From Bacilli bacterium (GTDB lineage: Bacteria > Bacillota_I > Bacilli_A > RF39 > UBA660), in assembly GCA_028709545.1 (NCBI GenBank), contig JAQVWT010000002.1, positions 1 through 58,165 of the forward strand: DNA of 58,165 nucleotides, given 5' to 3'. How positions within the stretch are numbered: the stretch's first letter is position 1; the number at the start of each line of letters is the position of its first letter. Below are positions 31,065-38,432 of this stretch, in pieces. The notes under the pieces are model-generated. The model saw only the letters and a program-made list of their open reading frames with translations, had not been told where the DNA came from and ran no database searches. A program made the position numbers and the translations under genes.

Positions 31065-32192
31065 TTAACTTATTATTATGTATGGATCAGATATACTACC
31101 TGTTCCTGTTAGTTTTTTAACAGTAGATTTTAGATATAAAGAAGGACGCCCCCCGAACCCAATGCTCGCATAGTCATAGTCCACGTAGCCGCTAAAGTAC
31201 ACATACCACACACAGCTTGAGTATGACGAGTGCGGGACTAATGTCCACTCATATCCTTCTCCTCTTAACCATGCTTTCCCACCGCACATTGCACTACTAT
31301 AGCTTCCTAAACTGGTTGTTCTGGCACATGATGTTTCTAAAACAGAATATCCATAATCACTAGCATACATTAATCCTATATATCCACTTGTCTCTGTTGT
31401 CCCTCTTTCATCTGCATAAACAGCTTCTGCAGTTGACATCGAAGCTATTCCTCCTAGTTTCCATGTTACATTTTCTATCATTTCTCTATAATAATTACTT
31501 GTTATTCCAGTTTCTGTAAAATTACATACTCCTGGTATTGTAGTACTATATTGATAACAATAATTTAGACTTTCTTCATTGCTGCCATTGTAATAGTGAG
31601 TATTTAATAAATTATATAAAGATGATGCTGGCCAATCATTAGTATTACTCTTATCCCAAGCAAATGCTCCAATTGATGATCCTCTTATTATTTTAACTAA
31701 GTTTTCTCCTTCTTTTCCATGAGTACTTTCATCAAACACACCAATTATTCGCCAGAGTTCATTATTAAACATTAACCAGTTATCTGGGTTTTCTCCTTCA
31801 TAACGATAATCTGTTGCATCATATTGAATATCACCTACAACATACGACATCTCTTCAGCATATACACCATCATCATTTGTTAAACTCATTATATAAGCTG
31901 CTAGGTTTTCTGTAGTTTCAGTTGTAAAATTTAAAATACATCTTGCTTCATTATTAATATTTTTTATATTAAGTACCCAATCATCATAATCCCATGAAGC
32001 ATCCGCATTTTGACAAACACTCTTAATTTTAAAATTTCCTTTAGTAGGAATTGAGGATTGTTCTACTCCATCGACCATTACGGCAAGATATACATTATCA
32101 TCGTATAAAAAGTATTTATCTCTACTTTTTATATTTATTAATATTAGTGATATCACTAATATTAATAATCCTATTCCAATCTTTTTTTTCAT
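31065..32192 (-). CDS. DGR target protein 1 (signal-anchored surface protein with a variable C-terminal ligand-binding-type domain)
   Basis: N-terminal TM. The C-terminal ~280 aa is nearly identical to 34533..36080 except inside the VR. VR1 encodes ...LVPHSSYSSCVWYVYFSGYVDYDYASIGFGGRPSLYLK. Confidence 0.85.
   Translation of the reverse strand: MKKKIGIGLLILVISLILINIKSRDKYFLYDDNVYLAVMVDGVEQSSIPTKGNFKIKSVCQNADASWDYDDWVLNIKNINNEARCILNFTTETTENLAAYIMSLTNDDGVYAEEMSYVVGDIQYDATDYRYEGENPDNWLMFNNELWRIIGVFDESTHGKEGENLVKIIRGSSIGAFAWDKSNTNDWPASSLYNLLNTHYYNGSNEESLNYCYQYSTTIPGVCNFTETGITSNYYREMIENVTWKLGGIASMSTAEAVYADERGTTETSGYIGLMYASDYGYSVLETSCARTTSLGSYSSAMCGGKAWLRGEGYEWTLVPHSSYSSCVWYVYFSGYVDYDYASIGFGGRPSLYLKSTVKKLTGTGSISDPYIIIS
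31148..31241 (-). repeat. DGR variable repeat VR1 (94 bp)
   Basis: Colinear with the TR. Of 17 differences, 15 fall at TR adenines (coding strand). Confidence 0.9.
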
Positions 32193-32194
32193 TT

Positions 32195-32476
32195 TTAATC
32201 AGCAGTCCCTTCTATTTGCTTTATCATATTTATAAAAAATGCTCTTAATAAATATAACTGATAATTATTATCTTCATTTTCACTAATAAATTCTATTTCT
32301 AAATTATCTATTATAATATAATTAATTTTATTTTTTTGAAGATCCCTAATGTTTTTAAAATTAATAAAGTTTAATATTAATTTATCATAATTAAATGTGT
32401 GATATTTATCTTTCTTTTTGACTAAAAGTAAATAATTATTATATTTTCTTTTAAAAAATAAATATCTGTTTTTCAT
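32195..32476 (-). CDS. Small protein weakly resembling the MutS-domain-I-like gene at 34075..34467
   Basis: YLLLVKKKDKYHTFNYDKLILNFINFK parallels ALIIYKNNGKFYNVFDIDAYIFNILFNYK. Its stop abuts the target1 start. Confidence 0.35.
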   Translation of the reverse strand: MKNRYLFFKRKYNNYLLLVKKKDKYHTFNYDKLILNFINFKNIRDLQKNKINYIIIDNLEIEFISENEDNNYQLYLLRAFFINMIKQIEGTAD

Positions 32477-32507
32477 TCTACTCCCACTCTCTTTAGATAT
32501 AGTGCTA

Positions 32508-32530
32508 AGAAAGCAAATATTTTGCTTTCT
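32508..32530 (-). other. Perfect 10-bp hairpin downstream of the TR
   Basis: AGAAAGCAAA-tat-TTTGCTTTCT. Confidence 0.5.
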
Positions 32531-32636
32531 ATCTATATTTATATTCGGAAAATATATTCCAGGATAACTTATGTTCTTTAAATGCTCCTTTAAAAAGCCT
32601 TAACCATTTTAACATTCTACATTTAATGAGCTAGTA

Positions 32637-32730
32637 GCCCCCCGAACCCATTGTTCGCATTGTTATTGTTCACGTTGCCGTTATAGTTCACATTCCACAC
32701 ATTGTTCGAGTTAGACGAGTGCGGGACTAA
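32637..32730 (-). repeat. DGR template repeat (TR, 94 bp, non-coding)
   Basis: The minus strand carries 13 AAY codons in the VR frame (LVPHSSNSNNVWNVNYNGNVNNNNANNGFGG). It starts 31 nt after the RT stop, with a TAG just upstream in frame. Confidence 0.9.
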
Positions 32731-32761
32731 ATTAAGCTACCCCTATCATAATTAATAAAAT

Positions 32762-33739
32762 TTAATCCCAAATTTTATTAATTATTTTACCTATTTCATA
32801 TTTATTTGCAAATATAAATGAATTTTTATAATTCATAATACTAGAAAATTCTTCTTCCAGTGATAACAAATTATTTTTAGTTTCATAATTAAGTTTTTTT
32901 AGATTCTTTTCTATTCTCTTTTTTGTATCCGTACTTATTTTAATTATTGTTTTTTTGTTAATAATTTTAAAATTATAACCTAAGAACACTATCCCGTGCT
33001 TAATATTTCTAATATAAGTTTTTTTCTTATTTAATTCAATATCAAATTCTTTATTTAACTTCTCTTCGATTTTATATTTGTGTAGCTTTGATAAATAAAA
33101 TATAGCAAGAAACTGGGAAGAAAGATTACCAATAGGAATACCTTTACCATCTTTATATTCAGGAATTTTATTCGCGCCGTTTTTATTTACTTCAGTAATA
33201 TACTTTTTTATATAGTTTTTATTTGTACTGTCAATTACTTTTTCTACTAATAAATATTCATCCTTACTTAAATCTTTTCTTAACAGCTGTTTTAAAATAT
33301 CATGATTTATGCTATAAAAATATTTCGATAACTCAAACTTTAAAACAAAAATATCATTATGAATTTTATTTTTTTCTAAAAATTTTTTTAACATTTTTAT
33401 AGCATAACTTGTCCCCATTCCTTTTCTAGTTGCTGAATTATTTTTAAGCAAATACTTGCTTAATTTAGGCTCTAAAATATATCTTGTAATATAATGATTA
33501 ATTATCTTATCATATATATTTTGACTCATAATCAACCTTAATTTCGGTTTAGTTATTAAAAATAAATTATATTTGCCACCATCATATTTTCCATTTAATA
33601 AATTATCTCTAATATCAAGCAAATACTCTATTTTATGTAATTCAAATTTATATAATTTACTTTTATTCTTAACATTTTTGGAAATTTCATTATCATAGAT
33701 ATTAAGTAAATTTTCTAAAGTTAAAGAATCACTAAGCAT
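32762..33739 (-). CDS. DGR-type reverse transcriptase, apparently missing the YxDD box
   Basis: KPKLRLI, RKGMGT and IPIGNLSSQ (DGR hallmark) motifs, and FLGYNF. No YxDD anywhere in the ORF, and the motif-A position reads FELSKYF. Confidence 0.8.
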   Translation of the reverse strand: MLSDSLTLENLLNIYDNEISKNVKNKSKLYKFELHKIEYLLDIRDNLLNGKYDGGKYNLFLITKPKLRLIMSQNIYDKIINHYITRYILEPKLSKYLLKNNSATRKGMGTSYAIKMLKKFLEKNKIHNDIFVLKFELSKYFYSINHDILKQLLRKDLSKDEYLLVEKVIDSTNKNYIKKYITEVNKNGANKIPEYKDGKGIPIGNLSSQFLAIFYLSKLHKYKIEEKLNKEFDIELNKKKTYIRNIKHGIVFLGYNFKIINKKTIIKISTDTKKRIEKNLKKLNYETKNNLLSLEEEFSSIMNYKNSFIFANKYEIGKIINKIWD

Positions 33740-34088
33740 TATTACCTTCTTTATTCTTTTTCCAAGCTTTAACCATTTTTGTTATTTCTGTTAACAGATA
33801 TCCTTCTTTTTCAAGTTGTTTAAGAGATATGTACTTTTTTCTATATAATATTTCTAATAAAAAATCAAGAATGCTAATATTTTTTATAATATTTAAATAA
33901 TGAGTTTCAAAATCATCTAAATCAGAATTTGCTAGATATATGTTTTCTAATAAATCAAAAGTTGTAAGATTAATTTTTTCTTTTATAAAAAAATCTTTTC
34001 TAGGAATATTTTCCATTAAGTTATATAAATCTAATATAAACTTTTTTGTTTTTTTAGATATAATAAAATTATCATTAAAGACTCTCAT
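33732..34088 (-). CDS. avd: Accessory variability determinant (Avd-like four-helix-bundle protein)
   Basis: 118 aa, helical, with an IPRK motif near helix 1 and a basic C-terminus. Overlaps the RT start. Confidence 0.75.
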   Translation of the reverse strand: MRVFNDNFIISKKTKKFILDLYNLMENIPRKDFFIKEKINLTTFDLLENIYLANSDLDDFETHYLNIIKNISILDFLLEILYRKKYISLKQLEKEGYLLTEITKMVKAWKKNKEGNNA

Positions 34089-34467
34089 TAATAATATCTA
34101 TGATCCTTTCTAAATCATCAGCACTAGCAACCATTAATTTCTTATTAATTAAATTTAATTTATCATTCAATAAAATTTTGTTTTTTGCCTCGTTATAATA
34201 TTTAGAATAAGTATTAAATTTAAATTTTTTACCTTCGGCATCTTTATCTTTATAAATAATTTGATAAGAAATTTTCTCGTTTTCTATTGTATTTATAATT
34301 TTGTTTAAAGCATTGTCTGGAAATCCCGCTTTATTATTAATTACTTTATAATTAAATAATATATTAAAAATATAAGCATCTATATCAAAAACATTATAAA
34401 ACTTACCATTATTCTTGTAGATTATTAATGCTGTTTTTTTATTTTTATTAATATGCTTGGTAGACAA
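34075..34467 (-). CDS. MutS domain I (mismatch-binding)-like small protein, DGR accessory
   Basis: ALIIYKNNGKFYNVFDIDAYIFNILFNYKVINNKAGFPDNALNKIINTIENEKISYQII aligns by eye with E. coli MutS [30 protein letters not shown]...[25 protein letters not shown]. Confidence 0.6.
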   Translation of the reverse strand: MSTKHINKNKKTALIIYKNNGKFYNVFDIDAYIFNILFNYKVINNKAGFPDNALNKIINTIENEKISYQIIYKDKDAEGKKFKFNTYSKYYNEAKNKILLNDKLNLINKKLMVASADDLERIIDIINESL

Positions 34468-34494
34468 TTTTCTTCCTCCTTCTATTTTTTTTTG

Positions 34495-34526
34495 GTGCTG
34501 AGAGGACTAAAGCCCTCTAACAGCAC
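34495..34526 (-). other. Conserved imperfect hairpin downstream of the target2 stop codon
   Basis: Same sequence as 31027..31058. Followed by an A-run and the AGGAGG RBS of the next gene. Confidence 0.5.
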
Positions 34527-34532
34527 ACTTTC

Positions 34533-36080
34533 TTAACTTATTATTATGTATGGATCAGATATACTACCTGTTCCTGTTAGTTTTTTAACAGTAGATTTTA
34601 GATATAAAGAAGGACGCCCCCCGCACCCATTGCTCGCAGGGTCATTGTACACGAGGCCGGTACCGGACACAAGCCACACACTGATTGAGCTTGACGAGTG
34701 CGGGACTAATGTCCACTCATATCCTTCTCCTCTTAACCATGCTTTCCCACCGCACATTGCACTATTATAACTTCCTAAACTGGTTGCTCTGGCACATGAT
34801 GTTTTTAAAACAGAATATCCATAATCACTAGCATACATTAATCCTATATATCCACTTGTCTCTGTTGTCCCTCTTTCATCTGCATAAACAGCTTCTGCAG
34901 TTGACATCGAAGCTATGCCTCCTAGTTTCCATGTTACATTTTCTATCATTTCTCTATAATAATTACTTGTTATTCCAGTTTCTGTAAAATTACATACTCC
35001 TGGTATTGTTATACTATATTGATAACAATAATTTAGACTTTCTTCATTGGTTCCATTGTAATAGTGAGTATTTAATAAATTATATAAAGATGATGCTGGC
35101 CAATCATTAGTATTACTCTTATCCCAAGCAAATGCTCCAATTGATGATCCTCTTATTATTTTAACTAATTTTTCTCCTGTTTTTCCATGAGTACTTTCAT
35201 CAAACACACCAATTATTCGCCATAGTTCATTATTAAACATTATCCAGTTATCTGGGTTTTCTCCTTCATAACGATAATCTGTTGCTGGTTCATTATATAC
35301 ACCATCATCATTTGTTAAACTCATTATATAATCAGCTAGATTTTCTGTGTTTTCAGTTTTACTAGTTAAATTTATTTTCTGATCAGTACTATCTAGTGAG
35401 TTTATTGTAATACCCCCTAGTTTATAATTCCAAGTGGCACCTACAAAGTTAGTATTATATGAGCCTGATGGTTGATCTGGTATTTGAAGTGTTAAATTTG
35501 CTGGCATTGTTACTACTGAGGCTGTTACGGTTATTTTTGATTGAAAAGTTTTGTTTGCTCCCTGTTCAGTAGTTGTTGCCTCATCTACCCACAATCTTAA
35601 ATCAAATGTTGCAAAATCATTTGGAAATAAACTAGTTCCAGAGGAAATAGCATAGCTCGTAGCACCATCTATAGTAGGTGTTACTTGTGGGTTACTACTA
35701 AGTAAACTTGATGTATTATTAAGTGCTACTTTGACATAATCCGAGCTTAGAGTTGACACTGGCAATACTTCTAAGTTTATATCAAGTTCTGTATATACAT
35801 CACAGTTATTTGTTACTTTAAAAGTATATGGGGTTTTAGTCATACCTTCAGAGTCTGGTATAGGATACTCTCCTTCCAAGTTAATTGCATTTGTTACATC
35901 TGTAAAAGTTATATCTAAGCATTTTAAAGTATCTAGTTGATTAATACCTGATTGAGTAGCTGACTTTCGCCAGTAGGCATAGGAAATACTCAATATTATA
36001 ACTAGTAATAATATTGGTCCTAAAATAATTAAAAATTTTTTTGACTTACTATCTATCTTTTTCATAATTTTATTATACAA
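34533..36080 (-). CDS. DGR target protein 2 (signal-anchored surface protein, longer N-terminal region)
   Basis: N-terminal anchor plus ISYAYWR, Ig-like segments, and a C-terminal domain paralogous to target1. VR2 encodes LVPHSSSSISVWLVSGTGLVYNDPASNGCGGRPSLYLK. Confidence 0.85.
   Translation of the reverse strand: MYNKIMKKIDSKSKKFLIILGPILLLVIILSISYAYWRKSATQSGINQLDTLKCLDITFTDVTNAINLEGEYPIPDSEGMTKTPYTFKVTNNCDVYTELDINLEVLPVSTLSSDYVKVALNNTSSLLSSNPQVTPTIDGATSYAISSGTSLFPNDFATFDLRLWVDEATTTEQGANKTFQSKITVTASVVTMPANLTLQIPDQPSGSYNTNFVGATWNYKLGGITINSLDSTDQKINLTSKTENTENLADYIMSLTNDDGVYNEPATDYRYEGENPDNWIMFNNELWRIIGVFDESTHGKTGEKLVKIIRGSSIGAFAWDKSNTNDWPASSLYNLLNTHYYNGTNEESLNYCYQYSITIPGVCNFTETGITSNYYREMIENVTWKLGGIASMSTAEAVYADERGTTETSGYIGLMYASDYGYSVLKTSCARATSLGSYNSAMCGGKAWLRGEGYEWTLVPHSSSSISVWLVSGTGLVYNDPASNGCGGRPSLYLKSTVKKLTGTGSISDPYIIIS
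34616..34709 (-). repeat. DGR variable repeat VR2 (94 bp)
   Basis: Colinear with the TR. Of 20 differences, 16 fall at TR adenines. Confidence 0.9.
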
Positions 36081-36104
36081 AAAAAAAGCCTTGATTTCAA
36101 GACT

Positions 36105-36452
36105 TTAGTTTCCAGTTCTTTCTTTTACTTTGTATTCTTTAACCATTTTGTCTAAGAAGTTAAGTTTAGCTCTTCTAACAAAACCTTTTTTAATAACAGT
36201 TATCTTATCAACAAGCGGGCTATTTACTGGGAATGTTCTTTTAACAACAACACTTCCACTTTTCTTTCTTACTGTAAAAGTCTCTGAGACTGATCCACCT
36301 TTTTTAGATATTACTAACCCTTCAAAAGCTTGGATTCTTTCTTTTTTTCCTTCTTTGATCCAAACATCAACTCTAACAATATCTCCTACTCTAAATTCAG
36401 GAGTATCAGGTTTAATTTGTTTAGCATCAATCTTCTTAATTAATTCATTCAT
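36105..36452 (-). CDS. rplS: 50S ribosomal protein L19
   Basis: PEFRVGDIVRVDVWIKEGKKERIQAFEG is typical of L19. Start at MNELIKK (115 aa). Confidence 0.93.
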   Translation of the reverse strand: MNELIKKIDAKQIKPDTPEFRVGDIVRVDVWIKEGKKERIQAFEGLVISKKGGSVSETFTVRKKSGSVVVKRTFPVNSPLVDKITVIKKGFVRRAKLNFLDKMVKEYKVKERTGN

Positions 36453-36535
36453 TAAGTACGTTTCCTTTCTGTAATATAATCTATTATAATCATTAATATA
36501 TAAGCGGATTACAACGGCTTTTAACAAGCAAAATG

Positions 36536-36564
36536 ATTATAGCACATCATTTTGACTTGTACAA
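36536..36564 (-). promoter_or_regulatory. Candidate promoter for rplS
   Basis: Minus strand reads TTGTAC - 17 nt - (TGc)TATAAT, about 85 nt upstream of the start. Confidence 0.4.
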
Positions 36565-36689
36565 GTCCCTTAATTACTCTGGTATGCCTAGTAACTAATC
36601 TAAGATATATATTTTTTTGATTCCGTTATATAATATTATTTTAAACTAAAACTTGCTAAAATTGAGTAGTTTTAGAATTACGAACTAAA

Positions 36690-37088
36690 TTATCGTGTTT
36701 TTGTCTTCTCGGTTTTATAAGTATATGTTTTAAGTCTTTTTTGTAGTTCTAAAGCAAGAAATCTGATATTTTTAAAATACTTGTCTCTTGCTTCTCTTGA
36801 TAAATGTTTTTCATATTTTTTTAAAATAATACTTCTTTGTTTAGCAAGTTCATCGTATAACTTACCAGTCTCAGTTTCTTCATCTTCTTCTGAAGTAAGA
36901 TATGTTAAAACTTTAATTAAAATAGGATTCAATATTTTAAATACTTCTTTTAATAAGATAGTATCAATATACTTTTGATAGTTAAGTGATATTTCTTGTT
37001 TTTTAAATTTTATTAGATAAGCATTTTGGTTATTCTCAAAGTCTAAGACTTTGAGATTGATTTTTTCTTTTATTAATACATAATTCAT
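36690..37088 (-). CDS. Hypothetical protein
   Basis: 132-aa ORF between trmD and rplS; no recognisable motif. Confidence 0.4.
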   Translation of the reverse strand: MNYVLIKEKINLKVLDFENNQNAYLIKFKKQEISLNYQKYIDTILLKEVFKILNPILIKVLTYLTSEEDEETETGKLYDELAKQRSIILKKYEKHLSREARDKYFKNIRFLALELQKRLKTYTYKTEKTKTR

Positions 37089-37108
37089 TCTTAATTCCCC
37101 CTAATAAT

Positions 37109-37771
37109 TTATTTAATTAAATCTGGTCTTCTTTCCTTAGTAATTCTAAGTTGTTCAGATTTTCTATATTCGGCTATTTTTTTATGATTACCAGATATAA
37201 GTACCTCTGGTACTTTTAATCCTCTATATTCATCAGGTTTGGTATATACTGGGTAATCTAAAAGATTATCATTAAATGATTCATCTTCTAAACTACTTGT
37301 TGATATTACTCCATCAAGTAGTCTGATAACACTATCGGTTATTATCATAGCTGGAAGTTCTCCTCCAGTTAGAATATAATCGCCTATACTAATTATTTCA
37401 TCAGCTAAAATTTTAATTCTTTCATCAAAGCCTTCATAATGACCACATATAATAATTAAATGTTTTTTAAGTGATAAATTTCTTGCTTTTTCTTGATTAT
37501 AAGTAACTCCAGTTGGACACATTATTATTATATAAGAGTCTTCGGTTTTGATTTTGTCTAAACACTCAAAGATTGGTTCACATCTTAAGACCATTCCTGA
37601 TCCTCCACCATATGGTGTATCATCTACTTGTTTATGATTAAGTGGTGAGTAATCTCTAAAATTTATTATTTCTATTTCCACTATCTTTTTATCTAGTGCT
37701 CTTTTAATAATTGATTCGTTTATAAAGCCACTAAACATTTCTGGAAATAAACTAAGTATTGTTATCTTCAT
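37109..37771 (-). CDS. trmD: tRNA (guanine37-N1)-methyltransferase TrmD
   Basis: ILSLFPEMF, DDTPYGGGSGMV and GHYEGFDER motifs. Start at MKITIL with a GGAGG RBS. Confidence 0.93.
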   Translation of the reverse strand: MKITILSLFPEMFSGFINESIIKRALDKKIVEIEIINFRDYSPLNHKQVDDTPYGGGSGMVLRCEPIFECLDKIKTEDSYIIIMCPTGVTYNQEKARNLSLKKHLIIICGHYEGFDERIKILADEIISIGDYILTGGELPAMIITDSVIRLLDGVISTSSLEDESFNDNLLDYPVYTKPDEYRGLKVPEVLISGNHKKIAEYRKSEQLRITKERRPDLIK

Positions 37772-38243
37772 AAAGTTCCTCCAAATTCTTACCAATTATT
37801 TTTTTATCTTTTATATTTATATTAGTAATAAAATCACTTTTTAAAGGAATATAAAACCTATTATTAACATTTATTAAAGGATTATTTTTATTTAGTGAGA
37901 CATTTGTTACTTTACCAATTAATTCTTCTTTGTTATAAACATCTAAGTGAATTAGATCCTTTAATAAATATTCATGAGACTCTAAATTTAAACTTGAATA
38001 TTTTATATATACTTTATAATTACGATAATCTTTAAGTAAATTAATATCTTTTATATTATCAATTTGGATTAAATATTTATTTTTATGAAATCTAACATTA
38101 GTAATTAGATGTTCTTCTTCATTTAAATATATTTGATTGTTTATTTTAAATGCTTTATCTGGAATTTCAAAATCACTTAATACTTTAAGTTCTCCTTTGA
38201 GACCAAAAGCACCAGTTATAGTTCCTAATAATATTTTTTCCAT
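37752..38243 (-). CDS. rimM: 16S rRNA processing protein RimM
   Basis: GTITGAFGLKGELKV N-terminus and position upstream of trmD. Confidence 0.85.
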   Translation of the reverse strand: MEKILLGTITGAFGLKGELKVLSDFEIPDKAFKINNQIYLNEEEHLITNVRFHKNKYLIQIDNIKDINLLKDYRNYKVYIKYSSLNLESHEYLLKDLIHLDVYNKEELIGKVTNVSLNKNNPLINVNNRFYIPLKSDFITNINIKDKKIIGKNLEELYEDNNT

Positions 38244-38432
38244 AAAGAAAGCCTCTTTCCTTTAAGTAAATTGTACTAAATTTAATCAGTTTTGTCTATA
38301 ATTGGATGTTTTTGATTAATAAATCCATTTAACAAAATTGCTCATTATCATTTAACACTTTTGCGCTTACTTTTAAGCATATTATTTCGAGGAGTTTAAT
38401 AAAATTAGTTAGCAGTACTAAAATGAAAGGAA

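Larger units (their letters stand above)
31026..36080 (-). mobile_element. Diversity-generating retroelement (DGR) cassette. Order on the minus strand: target2/VR2, MutS-I-like, avd, RT, TR, MutS-I-like, target1/VR1.
   Basis: TR/VR triplet with adenine-specific differences, an RT with the GNLSSQ signature, and an Avd-like four-helix-bundle gene. Confidence 0.9.

Noticed and set aside
32762-33739. RT considered as a retron, group II intron or Abi-type reverse transcriptase
   Set aside because: There is no intron RNA domain or maturase/endonuclease extension, and no msr/msd-like inverted repeats. The GNLSSQ motif, the adjacent Avd and the TR/VR set with A-specific differences identify it as DGR-type.
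34546-34770. Plus-strand 74-aa ORF overlapping VR2 (Pro/His/Gly-containing, unusually GC-rich for this genome)
   Set aside because: The GC-richness comes from the DGR VR on the opposite strand. The ORF is antisense to the strongly supported target gene and has no counterpart at the TR.
36453-36689. Possible L19-leader type autoregulatory RNA in the 237-nt region upstream of rplS
   Set aside because: A promoter can be proposed, but I could not recognise the conserved leader structure by eye. A covariance-model search (Rfam L19_leader) would be needed.
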